DNA of 64,000 nt from Pavona decussata (Eukaryota): NCBI GenBank assembly GCA_977016875.1, contig CDRNST010000196.1:1426001-1490000 (forward strand), given 5' to 3'. Every line of letters begins with the position of its first letter. Position 1 is the first letter of the stretch. Shown in pieces: positions 1 through 14,400 of the stretch. A program made the position numbers and the translations under genes. Under the pieces are notes generated by a model. The model worked only from the letters and a program-made list of their open reading frames with translations. It ran no database searches and was not told where the DNA came from.

Positions 1-3000
1 TCAGGAACTGCCATTACCCGTTGAACACAACAAGGTCATTGAACAGGGAGTTACTTCAGAATCTACCTGGAGCATAGAAGTAGTTGGAGTTGTAGAAACT
101 ACATCACAGGTGTCAGAGAAGAAACCCAAAAATGTCAATGAAACTGCTGAAACAAAAGGTCCTGAACAAAAACGCGAGGCACCAGGAAAACCCGTAACAC
201 CAGAAATAAATTCTACTGTCGAAGAAGTGGCAGTAGGTGACATAAATAGAAAGAAAGAAAAGCCGCAGGCAATCGAGCCTGTCCGTGTTAGGGAAATTGT
301 CACCGAAAAAGTAAGCTGTGATCATAACATATTAATAGATCAATTTCTGGAGAGGATCAGCCGACTTGAAAAAGAGAAGGAATATATTGAAGGACGCTAT
401 GATGAACTGCGACAAGAGAAAGAGACAGCCTTAGATTCACGGGAAGAACAATTCACAATGCGAGAGGACCATCACCACCACTGTTGTGATATCGTAAAAG
501 ACTACAGCACTTTAGTAGAGTATATTACGAGCCCCCGTGAAGATTATAATGATACGCGAAGCTGCGTTCATAGCCCCACTTCCCATGTTCATGGTGCGAA
601 GGAAAACCAACGCAGTTCCTCCCAAATGAGAGATGATTATGATTACTATAAATCTAGATGTGAGCACATAAAACGGGAGAAGGAACGCTTTCAGAAGGCA
701 TACGAAACTGAGAGGAGACAAAAGGAAGATTTGGAAAGAGATTACCGAAATGAAAATGACGAAAAAGTATATCTCGAGGAGAGGTACCAAGAAATGCTAG
801 ACAGCATAAACGGATTTGATGAAACCATCCGTTCGCTGAGACGAGACAACGAGCTGTTGCAGAAAAATCTAAATGACTGGGCAAGTTCAAGGGTAATAGC
901 ACAGACACTAGAGATAAACAGTATGGCATTGGAGAACGGAAATGATGGAGCAGACATTGCAGAATACAAAAGAAACATACAGGCACTGGAGAAGGAGAAC
1001 AGAGAATTCAGGACAATACTTGACGTCTTAAGCAAGAAGAACGAGAGTCAAGAAAGTTTAAAGAATATCGAATTTAGTTTGGCCAGAGAAAACGAGTTCA
1101 TCGAGCTAAAGAGAGAAAGAGTAAGGTTAGAAAGCAGCATGAAAGAGATGAAACGAACAAACAAGCATCAACAGGAGAGGATAGAAGAGATACGAAGGGA
1201 TTCCACAGCAGAGATAACTCGCTTGAAAGAAAAACAGCGGAAGCTGGAGAGATCACTGAAGGAGAGTGAGAGGGTCATAGAGGAAAAGGATGAGGAAATT
1301 GTCAATATGAAGAAACGACATTCAGAAGAAATTCAAGGGGTGGAATTGCGACTTCAAACTGACCTATCTAGTGCAATTCAGATTGCAAAGAACCAAGTAA
1401 AGGATTTACAGGCAAAAGTTCAGCGGCTGGAGGAGGACAGGAACAGACTAAGAGAGGAAGTAAAGACCTCGGGCGTTAGTGGAAGAGATCGATATGCGAG
1501 CATAGATGCAGAATACCAAGATATTGAAGTGGTTCGACAAAGGTATGAAGAAGAGCGACGAGGTAAGATGAGACTCGCCAACGATATGAAATGTTTACTC
1601 AGTGATATCATGGACCTAAAGGAAAGAAATCAGAGATTGCAAGAGGATTTTACTCGCGAAAGGATGGAAATTAAAGGTATGATCGAAAAACAAGCCAATG
1701 AGATAACCCAGGAATACCTAACTCAAATAAACAAACTGCAGAGGTCACTTATGGAGGAAACAAAACGAAGACAGGAAGCAGAAGCCGGTAGATATGGAGG
1801 TTTTACCAAACAAGATAATAGCACCTCATTTATAAGCGGTCAAAAGGAAATGAATGCGAGACCTAGTTGGGGTAACAGTGAATTACAAGAGCAGCTGACC
1901 AATGAGATTCGACAACGAGAAACGCTGGAGATAGAAAATAAGAAACTTTTATACAAAATAAACGATATTCTGTCAGGAGAAGGAGGAGGAAATGGTCACA
2001 ACGCGGAAGAGGCATTTTACAATCGGAGGACCGAGGGTACACCTTTTAGCCAAGATGAAACGAAGTTGACCGCACGAGATAACAAACACCGTGAAGTGAA
2101 GCAAAAAGAATTACAGAGTGAAATTGAAGATCTCCAGGACAAGTTAGAGGATATGAAGAAAGAAGCCAAAAAGAACAAAGACTTAAAGAGGAAAAACGAA
2201 GAGCTAGAGGAAGAAGTCACTCGTCTGACTCGTAAACGAGATGAGCTTTTAGGTGCTCAAAGAAACCTTACTCGGGAGGTCGATCATTTGTCGCGTACTT
2301 TGGATGAGGGGGAGAGGCGAAATAGAAAGCTTTTAGATGAAACTGAACGCTTCACACGGAAAATCCAAGATATTGAAGAATCCTTTAGACAAGAAAAGGT
2401 AACTTTAGCAAGAAATTACGAAAACGAAAAAGCGAGAGCGGTAGAAGAGGTAACGAAGTTAAAAGATGCTTGTGAGAAGAGACTTCAGATGCAAACAGAC
2501 ACCACAAAAGCGCTTGAAGAGAAAATTCGGTACTTAGAAGAAAAAACACTGGGAAACGCCCAAACACAGGGTGGAGGCATAAGTCAAACATACCCCTCTA
2601 ATACTGATCACGCATATGGAGTTTCGGGAGATTCCAGAAATCAAGCAACGTATCTGCACGATGACAAATTGAAGCTGGAAATACAAAGTCTAGAAGCTTT
2701 GTTACGAGATGTTAATAAGAAACACGCGGACGAACTCAGAAACCTGGAAATTCAAAAACAACGGATGTCCGACGAATTCCAGAGAGAAAAGCAATCGTTG
2801 GAGCGTTACTTTGAGAAAGAAAACGAGAGCCTTCAAAAGCGACTCCGTGATGTTGAGTATAGTACGCGAGGAGTAGAAGGAAAAACGACAACAGAAGTTG
2901 TAGGAGGTGGCGGTGACAAGGCATCTTTCAGCAGCACGGGCAAGCAATCGGCATTAGAAAGAGGACTAGAGGATGATAGTCAAATGGCTCCAGTTCATCA

Positions 3001-5993
3001 TAAATCCAGTGTTGCCACGACAGCAACCTTTAAAGGAAATCCCAGGGCAAATGACTTGGAGAAGAAGACCCAAGAGATGCAACGAAGGTTTAATGAAGAA
3101 AAGGAGGAAATTTTAAACCGAGCATCAAGGGAAAAAACAAAGCTAGAGGAAGAAGTGAGAGAAGCCAAAGAGAAGCTGACCAGTTATCGCCGTTTACTCG
3201 AAGACGAAATGGATGACTTAAAGAGAAAGCATAGAAAAGAGCTAGACTACCTTAATGACAAGCTGCTGAAAGAAAGAACTGAGTTTGAGGAGAAACTTCG
3301 CCCATATAGAAATGGTTCTAGGCCCAAGATTGGAATGACGGAGACTCAAAGTAGACATTATAGTTTGGGAGAAAACAGCAACACAGATACAGAAGAGGAA
3401 AGATTGAAAGACCAACTTGAAAAACAAAGGGTGGTTCTAACTTCCAAGTTCGACAAAGATAAAACCCAGTTGCAGAATGAGAAGAAGAAGCTAATGGAAA
3501 CAATCCACGGTCTAACGAGAGAGATCAATGCCCTTAAATGTGAGAAGCGAGATTCCAAGAACTGCTACAAACAAGAAATAGAAAAGCTTGCGCGATATCA
3601 CGATCTAGAAAAAGTGACCCTTCTCGAAAGGGCTGCAAGAAAAAAAGACGAGGAAACCTTACGGATTAAAGAAGATTACGAAGAGAGATTGTCCTCGGAA
3701 CGTAAAAAGTTGCAAGCGATTATCGATGACTTTAGACGCAAGATGTCTTTAACAGAACGAAAGGTTAAAGATTTGGAGTTGCAACAAAAAAATGAGAGGA
3801 TGAGACAACAGGAAGAGAAAATGGCTACAGAAAAGAGCCTTATTCAAAGCAGGGAAGACTTTAAGATGACAATGGAACGGGAGTACAGAAAAATGCTAAA
3901 TGATGAAAAACAAAAATTTGAGCGAACAATCAAGGAGTTAACAAAGCAAATTTCTTTCCTGCAAGATCAAAGGAAAGAAATTCAAGCGAAGCTGTTAAGT
4001 AACGAGCTGTCGGGAAATACCAGGATGAATACAGAGCAGGTATCAAGGGGTAGAGTAATAATTCAGATGGAGCAAGAATATTTGGAGCGGGCTGATCGTG
4101 AGAGAAGACCAATGGAGGACAAGATTAAAAACCTTCAACAAGAAATCGGTAAACTTAAAAAAGAAAAAACCGAGCTAAAGGAAACACTTGAAAATGAAAA
4201 GCAGGAGTTAGAAGAAGAGATGGAAAAAATGCAGGAAGACATGAGACGAAAGCTCAGCAAAGCAAGAGATGAAATGGACAGAAAAACTGATGCTATTGGC
4301 AAAACGATGATTGCAAGCCAAGTGAAAAATGTTCTGGTGGGTTTACATTGTTTACGTTAATAGCTTTGTTTTGTTTAAGCGTAAGTTTCTTCCTACTTTT
4401 TTGTCTGTTTGTGCCCTGTGCGTGCATGTGTGGGTTAATTCTACAGGTTCTCCTTTCTGTCCAGCAGTATATTTTAATTTATTCCACAAGCATGCGTTAG
4501 ATATGAAGTGATACATAATCATCCCATATCCAACAAGCGGGAACGGAGTAATTGTTTTAACAAAAACAACCAAGAAATGTTGTTAGATCTTGCTAATTTT
4601 ATTTTGGAAGAACGACCAGAAGACGATTAAATGACTGCTAGTTCTCAGAAATATCATAATGACTGATATTATCCTATGATCGGGTTTTTATAAATAAAAA
4701 TCTCCGATAATTGTTGGTCCGGTCAATTTCTGAAACACTGAACATACCTGCTAATTTGGTTGTCATGATCTTGGACTGCCACACCAAATTATTTCCAGTT
4801 AATTTTCAAAAAACTTCACAAAGTTTATTGGCGCTTACTCACAGGGAAATGCTATGAACGTTCAATGTGCGCGAGAAAGACTGAATTTAAGTTACTCGTT
4901 TCTGGATGTCACTTCAGTTTAATTTATATAGCTCGCTGTTCTTTTCCTTTGAAATGCGACTGTTGTGATGGTATACTACATTTGGATTTGTCTTTTTTTC
5001 TAAGGCTTGTTCGGACGTGTCGTCCCACCATTCATCACAATGCGAAGTGAGACAGTATAAAGACCAAATCAACCTGATGGAACAAAGAAACATGACACTC
5101 AAAGCCAAAACAGAGAGGCTTGAAAGGGAACTAAGAGTTATGGGTCATCGACTGAAGACCTTAGAAACTCGAAACAAAGAATTCGAGACAGCTAACAGAG
5201 AGGAGTGGGTAAGAAGCGTACCTTATAACTGTAAAAATACGAATGCACTTAAAACGTAACTCATTTATAAACACGTCGAGAGTATACTGCATCGAATCAT
5301 ATTTGTACCGTCTCTGAACCCGTTTGTACAAATTATATTACTTATCTTGACTTTGTAAGAACGTTTTATCCTTCATACATCACCGTCATACGAAAGACAA
5401 AAAAATCTAAGACTGTGTTCTCGTACAAAACATGGATGCAGCTCGTGCTTTAATTCATTTCACAGAGTGTAACCAGAGGCGACATGCTACGCCCAACCGT
5501 AACATACCGGGGAGAAACAGAGTTCAGAGGAGTTAACGATCTTTTACTGGGTTCAAACGTTGCTGGCCTGAGATCTGAGTCCAGAGTGTTCCAGCCGAGC
5601 TATTCTTCAAGACAAAACAACACAAATGGCCAAACCTTAATGAGCTCAGGGCTGTCATATGGCGACATTCTAGAAAGGGTTCGACACACCATGCACACGA
5701 CCGGGAGCATCTCAGATGCCCTTGGAGGATCCATGGCAGGATCAGGTGGACTGGGCAACGCGTACTTCACTGGCGCCTCAAGTGTTGGGACAGGACAAAG
5801 CGAGGCTTTGGTCGGTGGCTCATTCAACCAGACCACGGTGAATTCGCTAGCCAGCGGAATGATTACGGGGGGTGGCTATTCTGGTATTGACACGCGATTT
5901 GCGGCTGGTGTTGCAGGTGGAAATGCCACAAGCGAGACAATCAGAAGCTCATCTTATGGTGGAGAGGGGATTAACCATCCGGCCGCCCAATAA
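1..5993 (+). CDS. Giant coiled-coil protein A, 5'-partial. Exons <1-4336, 5005-5208, 5466-5993; Gly/Ser-rich C-terminal tail
   Basis: Frame is open from position 2 (QELPLPVEHNK...WSIEVVG...), so the ORF-track GTG at 110 is not the start. Donor CTG|GTGGGT at 4337, acceptor TTTTTTCTAAG|5005, donor TGG|GTAAGA at 5209, acceptor TTTCACAG|5466; all phase 0 and in frame. Stop TAA 5991-5993. E/K/R/Q-rich helical rod. Confidence 0.85.
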
Positions 5994-6690
5994 CCGTAAA
6001 TACCGCTTATAAGCAAGCCAGGGAAGCATATATCAGGATTAGGAATCTGAGACTGCACAAATCAGTTCTAAATCTTTTTAATATTATTGGTTAGCATAAA
6101 ACATTGTGATTATGGATGGTTTTATTGGCAATTTTAGAGAAACTACAGAAGTGAAGGCGTTGATGGGGGCGGGGTGGGGGTATGGGGAGGGGACAGGACA
6201 GCAGGGGTTATAATCGTTAAAACCGGAATATTGTATTTTGGTCATTGGTCTAGTGGATCCATTATTGGGAAATCGAATGGTTGGGGGGATAGGGGGCGGG
6301 GGGGGGGGGGGGCTTTTTATCTTACAACAAACAATGTATTTACTAAACAGATCAATTTTCTGGTCTTTTATCGGCTCATAATTACTATTCAATACTGCAT
6401 TTAGATACAATTATTGTAACTTTAAGTTCCGTAGGAGTCGAAATGGCGGCCAAAGGTGAAGGTTTTCAAATGTACAGTAATCATTTTTTAATTTTTTTTT
6501 TAAAAATTGTTTAGTATTTTGTTATTAAATCTTCTTTTTCTTTTGAAAGAATTAAGCTAAACTTCTTAAGTTTGTTAATCTTGGAGTGCATTGAAATTAA
6601 ATTTCTATCAGCAAATCACTGTGATTTAATGTCTTAGAGGGAGTTAGGAACCTGTTTTGTTCAAACATTTTAGGTAGCAAAACAGTACTT

Positions 6691-7070
6691 TTTTTTTTAT
6701 TTTTTTTTTATTTTGCAATACTAAATAACTACTTACAATACTTACAATGCTTACACTAAACAATACTTACAATACCTACATTACTACATTACAATACTGA
6801 CAAGATTCCCGACACTGTTGAGATTAATTAATTTGTAATTACATTACAGTACAGTTGTAACACTATTACTGTCACACTACAGTTACAACAATCACGTCAA
6901 GCAAATGCGTAATGTTTACATTTTTTTCTCATAACAGATACGTGATATTAAACAATTATACTAATTAAACATGCATCCACACCAGCTACCGTTTTGCCCC
7001 CGTGGCACATACTCTGCAAAAGGCAAGAAAGAAAAAAAACAAGAAGCAAGTACCTTTTAAAGATTGTAAT
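6691..7070 (-). mobile_element. 5'-truncated non-LTR retroelement insertion (poly-A tail plus 17-bp target-site duplication)
   Basis: GTAGCAAAACAGTACTT occurs at 6674-6690 and again at 7071-7087. A poly-T run follows the left copy directly, then TACTTACAA-type short repeats. Confidence 0.75.
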
Positions 7071-8365
7071 GTAGCAAAACAGTACTTACAAGTTTCTTAA
7101 GATAATCGCACAGTATTCAGTCGTTAAAATAGGAGAGGGATGAGGTAGCATCAGTACTAGTATATATGATCTTTACGGTTACATAAAACTTGAAAGGGTA
7201 TAGATATCACCTTTTGAAATAGTTTGATAAACATGTGCATGTTTGATACCTTTGCTATGCTAACGTCCTTTTGAAATTTTCAACTAAAGAAGTTAATCTA
7301 ATTAAAGAGCTAATTAAACTGCTTTAAAGTTTGAATTTTGGAAGAAAGGTATAATCGAGATGTCTTTTATCTAGCGGAGTCATACAGCCTTCATTCTAAA
7401 TCTTTGAGCAATGAAGAATGCTCGAAAAGAACGAAACCTAAACCCTGACCAAATAAAAGGCATTATGGTATGGAGTACGTTACATATAGTTGTATCTCAT
7501 TAACTGACATTTACAGGGAATGTCTTGTTTCAAGAACTTATGAAGGCTTTCAGTGAAAGGAGCACTTTACATGCTATTTTCTATAGTTACATATTAAAAT
7601 TATGTAGTCAATTTCGCTGGAAATTTTTACTCAAAGGGCTTTGGCTCATGTCAGCTTTTGAGAAAAGCGTACTATGATATGTTATATATAATCCTGTCTT
7701 GGCCTAGGTTATTTTAGTAAACCACGAAGTCTTATGTTTAATTCTTCCTTCTTCCTATAACCTTTTGTTTATGTTAGTTCTGAGAGCCGGGGTCTGTGAT
7801 TGAAGTCAAATACATTTAACTTAACGTGATTATTTTACTTATTCTCACTACCTTCCTGTTTCACAGTGTATTGCAAGTGTAAAGAGAGATTTCATTGTAG
7901 AAAGGTAGAGGACGTATAATCTTCTTTGGGCAGACTCGAGTTGAATATTTTAGCTTAACAATGGGTTTTCATTAAATAAAGGTTTTCAGGATATCTAAAT
8001 GAGTGCTTGGATGTGTTTTTACTAAAGCCACGCTCTGCAGTTTTTCTTTGAGACACGAAAACGCCCTAATGTACAGCGTGCAGGACATATTTCACTGATA
8101 AACTAAGATTAGTAAATCTAACTCGCCCCGAGTGTCAATGAAGCTCAGTGTATGCGGAGTAATCGATTAAAATTCCGTTTAAAGATAAATTAAGGCAGGA
8201 TGGCTAATCGGGGAAACATGGTTTTAATGAAAACTGACAGCCAAACAATCTATTCTGAAATACTTAGTTTTGTCACTTTCTTCGCTCCAAACCTAACAAA
8301 CAACTTGAAAGAATTGACATCAGACCAGCAAATGTTGTACTCCCCGAATTACAGAGACTGTACGG

Positions 8366-8366
8366 C

Positions 8367-8416
<50 letters not shown>

Positions 8417-8452
8417 AACAAAAAACGAAAACAAAAACAACAACAACAACAA
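8366..8452. repeat. (CAA)n microsatellite, degenerate at the right end
   Basis: Direct reading. It explains the poly-T, poly-L and poly-C ORFs at 8200-8565. Confidence 0.95.
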
Positions 8453-11400
8453 AAAAAACATTTGAAACGAAAAGGAGCGGCTAAGGCCTCTACATTTATA
8501 TCTTCTTTGGGCTGGTGAGTTAGGTTTTTCCAGCAAAGATCATTTAGCGTTCCTTTTCCATGCAAACTTCCACATTTTCCACCATGTTTTCCCAGTTACC
8601 CATAATGCTTTTAATACTCCAGGGTCTTTTTCAAAAAAGTTTAAGTTTAAATTGGCTTAGGCTAAACAAAGGTTGACACCATCATTATTCCGTAATCCCA
8701 AAGTACAAACTCTATACCTAGCTCGAGGGAACGCCGTCAAAAATTCGCCGAATCCATGCTCATTTTTATCGGCTGATTCACCATGATAAAATTTTGCTTC
8801 ATGACCTGGCAAAGAATTAATGTCTCTTCTAGCGTTTTCCTATAACGTCTGACATACAGCTTTCCATATAAATTTTTTCTCTCAGAATGTCCAAGAAACG
8901 TACTAAGTACTTTAATTAGGTTAAATCGAGTTAGAAACCAGAGTGAGCCCACAAATCCTGGTCAAATATTTTTGGTGCATCTTTTAGTTACAATGAGCAC
9001 GTTGGAATTTCTAGGAACTTCTGCTCCTTGTGCTTTTCCCATCACTTCTTTGGCGTGATTCAAAATCCCCCTCCACCTGGGATTGTAGAAGCTTCCAGCT
9101 GGCTTTATAGCTAACACGGTAGGGCACTTCACCAGCACAGCAGAAATCGTGGGGCTCTATCATCGTTCCAGCTTTATTTGTGTACAAAACAACGATGGTT
9201 TAACATTTGTTAATCAAGTTCTTTTATCTGCAGTTAAGCCTAACATCTGGCATTTGAAATAGGTCACGTTCATGGTTCAACTCGACACATATTGGATTGG
9301 AAACACATTAAACGTGCAACAGGTACTCCATCCTTCCCTGTCTCCTTTCGTCATGTTGGCAATCTCAGCCCGCGGTCAACATTTGTCTAATATTTAATAT
9401 CCCTTTCATTTGATTGGTTCCTTTCCAGAAAGTAGCCTTAGAGCTAAATCTCGCATTCTGGGGAGAAAAAAGGACTTATACTCTTTTCATTAAGCATAAA
9501 CCAAGTCTCTCGTCAAACGTTGCCAAGTTGGTATAAACATAAGGCTACAAAGTCGTTTCAGATTACTTGCCAAAACTTTTCATGCATTTGCTCGGTTCAA
9601 AATACTCGGAACCACCGAGAGGATAGTTTTCTGAATAAGCAGAGATATGGAAACCTTTATATCCCTGGAAGTGGTCAGTGCAAGAATTTGTTACAAATTC
9701 AGATCGCTACATCTTGCTACTGGACGAGTTTGTGTTTAGAAAGACGTGATTTATTTAGCTTTGAATATGATAATGTTTCATGTCTTCATCTCCCACGATG
9801 AAAGGATGTTATATATAATAATGAGACTAAACCACAGGAGGGTCTAAATATGGCCAAAGTTCATATGATATTCACCAAACCACCTGCTCGTAAAATCCAG
9901 ACACAGGATGTGGTTAAGGTACAACTTTACTGAAGTACCGCCCTCGCATATAAGAAGTAAAATATCAAAAGATGTAGTAGGTTTTATAAAATCTAACAAA
10001 GAAAAATCACGAATGGTTTTGCAAGGACAGAATTATGTGATATACAATCAGTGGATTTGAAGCGGTTAAATTGAACCAAGTTATATAGCTATCCTTTCCA
10101 AATCCATAGGAGCTTTGTGGTTTCGAGTATTTCTAATGTCCTACGGCTAGCACCGGCGGAGTCAAATGGGAATTAATTCTTTCTTCAGGTTTTAGTTCAA
10201 CGGAAACAACCACAAGGCTCTTTGTTAAAGTTCTTAACTTTGATTTAACATATTGAGGAGTAATTTGTTGCAATTTTTTAAGTCTGTTTGCATATTCAGA
10301 CCCGTTCAATTGCAGGTACACAAGGTCTGATGGTACAATGACACTGCGTGACCTGCTGTTATCGAAATGCAAATGGAGAGAACGTGACAAAAGCGGATAA
10401 TCTGATTGGATAACGTCTCACACAAATTGGCACCCCTTCAAATGATATAATTACAATTAACCGAGTTGTTTACATCCAGGACAGATACGATGTGAAATGG
10501 AAGAGTACAGACGGCATTTCTGAGCTGTTTTCTGAGTCAAAAATATCATAAATTTCACTGCAACGATGTAGTCATTGTCTGGACCTTACGAAGTTGAGGA
10601 TTCTAGTTTAAAGAAGAAAGTCTTTGTAAAAACACAAGAACATTAAATACAGGTAGGAATTTTATGTTCATATATAAGGTTTGGTGTGATTTAGGTTCAA
10701 TATTTTATTGACAAGGTCGGTGTGCTATGCGACAGTTTGAACAAAAGGTTCTGAGTTTCACATTTGTATAGTTGGTGTCATCTGAAAAATAAGGTTGTTG
10801 ACATTTTTTTAACGAGAAGTGAACCCTAAACTAAAATACCGTTATTGGTTAATGCGAAATTAGGCCCGAATTGCCTTATTACTTTTCAGCCGGTTTTTAT
10901 TTGATGATTGTTGATGACAGCAGTAGAGACAATTAGGAAAATGCGTAATTTTCAATGCCATGTTTAGTTGTCAAATCGATCCAGCAAATTTTAGATTATT
11001 ATTTGTCACGGCTGATTGTACAAGCTACCACGTTTTAAGGATTGACAAAAAGGGGATATTAATTAATCAAATTTACATAGTTGGAGCGCTTTCAAGTAAT
11101 GGTCCTCAAAATTGGATTCGTAGGGCCAAGCAAATTCGAAAAAATTGTTAATGAAAGCCTCCCATGGAGATTTAGAATAGATGTATCCAAAAGGGGGTTA
11201 ATATCCTTTACTGAAGCGACGAAGTAAAATTCAGAGTAGGTTTACCTCGACAAATCACCAGGCACCAGTAGAAACGAAGCAAGAGAAGAAAAAGAAATAA
11301 CCTTCCATCGGTTTGCACCGATCACAATACTTTATGTGGTTGTTGGGAAGTCTTCTCAAAATAATTCAAAGCTAACACCTATACGCGTTTTATTAACCAT

Positions 11401-11459
11401 GCGCCATCTATTGCTGCTTCCTCTTTATTTCTAAAAATATTGTAGCAATTGTAACAGGG

Positions 11460-14400
11460 ATGTCAGGAGAAGAAATACAAGTACTACCAATGGATGACGG
11501 CTGGGGAAGTCCGTATTATGTTCAGCCCATGTCAACCTCAATGATGAGCAGCGAAATACCATTGAACGACCAAGGACAGAACTGGGAGATGGAAGTAGTG
11601 GGCCCTATTCCAGTGGATAATAGTGCAGAGATAGAGTCTCCGAAGCAAAGAATTCGTCTACTGGAAGAGGAAAAGAAAAGCATTAATGACATGTACATAA
11701 AATCTGTAACCGAGTACGAAATGTCAAAAACCAAGATCATTCAAGAATACGAGATCAAGATCGGGCAACTAAAGATTGAGCGAGATAACTGGCAAAAGAA
11801 ATATAGCGACTCACAAAGAGAAGTACAGCGACTCAAGCAGAAGATTTCCACAATGGAGATAGAGAATCTTCGAATGATTGAAGACGTGAAGAGGGAGCTT
11901 ACAAACAAATGCAAGATGGAGAAAGGGGAGATGGAGGCAAGATTTTCAACTGAAAAAGATGAAATGCAAGATAACTATGAAGAACAAATACAGATGCTGC
12001 GAGCTGAAAACGAGGGGCTCTTGCAGATGTATCATAAGAGTACAAAAGACTACGAAATCAAGATAGTTCAGATTCAACAAGATTACGAAGTTAAGTTAGG
12101 CCAACTTAAAATCGACAAGGAAAAGTTAGAAAAGAAAAATTCAAACCTCACTGCACAGATAACCACATGGCGCGAGAAATGTTCTGGCATTGAAAAGGAG
12201 TATGAAGAAAGGTTGGCCAGCCTGAGAATTGAGCTAACAGAGAAGTTCCAAGCGGAAAAGGGAGAGATGGAAGCCATGTTCTCCAAAGAGCATGAAACGA
12301 TGATGGAGGCACATCAGAAGGCTCTTGAAGAATACGAGCTGAAGATAACTTCGATTACGGAACAGTATGAAGAGAAACTAACAGAGCTCAAAACACAGAA
12401 GGAGAAATTTGAGGGAAGTTATAATGTTTGTTTGGAGGAGATCACAGACTTGAAGAGGAAATGCAAGGAACTGGAGGAAAATTACAAGTCACAGTTAAAG
12501 GAGCTGCAGAATAAGCTGAGGACTGAGTACAGCCAAAAAGAGAATGCAATAGAAAATGAATTCGATTCGGAGAAACAAGAGATAATCACAAAATACAAGA
12601 AAATCATTCAACAAAGTGAAGTACGAATCCAAGATTTACAAAAGCAAAACAAACTGGTCATAATGAAATTGCAAACTGACAAAACACAGCTACTAGAAAA
12701 ACACGCGGTAGAAATCGAGTATTGGAAGGAAAAGCTTGCGGCTATTGAGCACAAGTACAAAGAAGAAATGAAGGTCTTGGAAAAAGAACTGATCGAGAAA
12801 TATGAAATAGAGAAGGAAGAATTTGAAGCTAATTTCATGAAAGAAAAGGAAGAACTGATCGAAGGTCAGAAGACCACGGTTCAAGGCTACGAGGCTAAAA
12901 TAACAAGCATTCAGCAAGAATACGAAGTTAAGATAGCTCAGATGGAAAAGGAAATGGAAAGACTCGAAGAGACCAACAAAACGAATATTGAAAAACTGGA
13001 ACAAGAGATTTTGGTGCTCAAGCAAAACCACGAGAAACAACAGAAAGATGTCAAAGAGGAGATGACAGAAAAATGCAATAACGAAAAAAGTGAAATCGAA
13101 GAAAGGTTTACCAAAGAGAAGACTACCTTGACTGAATCACACAACACTGTAGTACAAGAGTATGAAGTGAGGATTGCTGCTCTTCAAGAAGCGATGGAGG
13201 CAAAAGACGAAAAGATGGAAAATGAACTCAAGAATTTAAAGGATTCGCACCAGAAAGCCATGGAGACACTAAGACAAGAAATGGCTGAATCAGAAAAGCA
13301 GCATAAATTGAGAACCAAGGAGCTGAGAGAAGAAATGACCGAGAAGTATAACAAAGAGAAGATAGAATTGGAATCAAGCTTCCTGAAGCAGATCGAAGAA
13401 CTAAAAGTTTCCAATACAAACACAGTTAAAGCATACGAAGAACAAATGGCTGGAATCAAGGGGAAGTACGAGAAGAAGTTAGCAGATTTAGAAGCTGCAA
13501 TGGAAAGTAACGAAGAAAAGTACAAAGAAAAGATTCAAGGGTTGAGGGAGGAGTTGTCAAGCACCATCGACAAGTATGAACAGCTGTTGAAGGACACGAA
13601 GAAAGAACTTCGACAAAAATATGACAAGGAAAGGGAAGAAACGGAAAATGAATTTACCCAGGAGAAAAACAAATTAACTGAGACACACGAACAAGCTGTT
13701 CTTGAGTACGAAAAGAAAATTGCTGATTTGCAAGACGAAATGAAAACAAAGCTGGAGAAAGAGAAAGAAGAGAGAGAAACCATGAAAGAGTGGCATTGCA
13801 AGAAGGAAGAAGAATTGATACAAAAGTGCATAACCACAGAGGAAACGTACAAGACAAAAATAACAGCGATTAGGACGTCTTTAAAAGAGAAATGTGACAA
13901 GGAAAAAAGTGAAATCGAGGCAAACTTCGACCAAGAGAAAGATCAGCTACTCGAGAGACAGAGCGAGATCGTGAAGAAGTATGAAATGAAGATTACGGAA
14001 TTGCTTCTAGATTTCGAAAAGAGAAATTCGCGTTTTACTGTAGAAAAAGATAAACTCGAATCCCAGAAGAAGAAACTACAGGCACAACTTGATAAACTAC
14101 GGAAAGAAACTTTGAAATCAAGGGAGCAATATGAGACAGCAATTAGAAAGAACAAGGAGGAAATAACCGAGAAGTTCAAAAAAGAGACCGATGAAAGGGA
14201 AAAACAATTTAAGAAGGATATGGAGAACTTGAAGACACAACATAACAAGAAACTGCAGCAACTGAAAACAGAAAGGGACAATAGCATCGCGAAACTTGAG
14301 CAGGTGATAAAAGATCTCAAAGCAAAGATCCAGGAGATGCTACAACAAAACGAATCGAAAATGATGGAGTTAACGAACGAAAAGGAGAGACTAGTAGAGA

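Noticed and set aside
3182-3262. SYRRLLEDE and YLNDKL in protein A resemble intermediate-filament signature motifs (TYRKLLEGE, LNDR)
   Set aside because: They occur in the wrong order, about 20 aa apart, with no 310-350-aa rod between them. Likely chance in an E/L/R-rich coil.
8200-8565. Poly-Thr, poly-Leu and poly-Cys ORFs
   Set aside because: Translations of the (CAA)n microsatellite.
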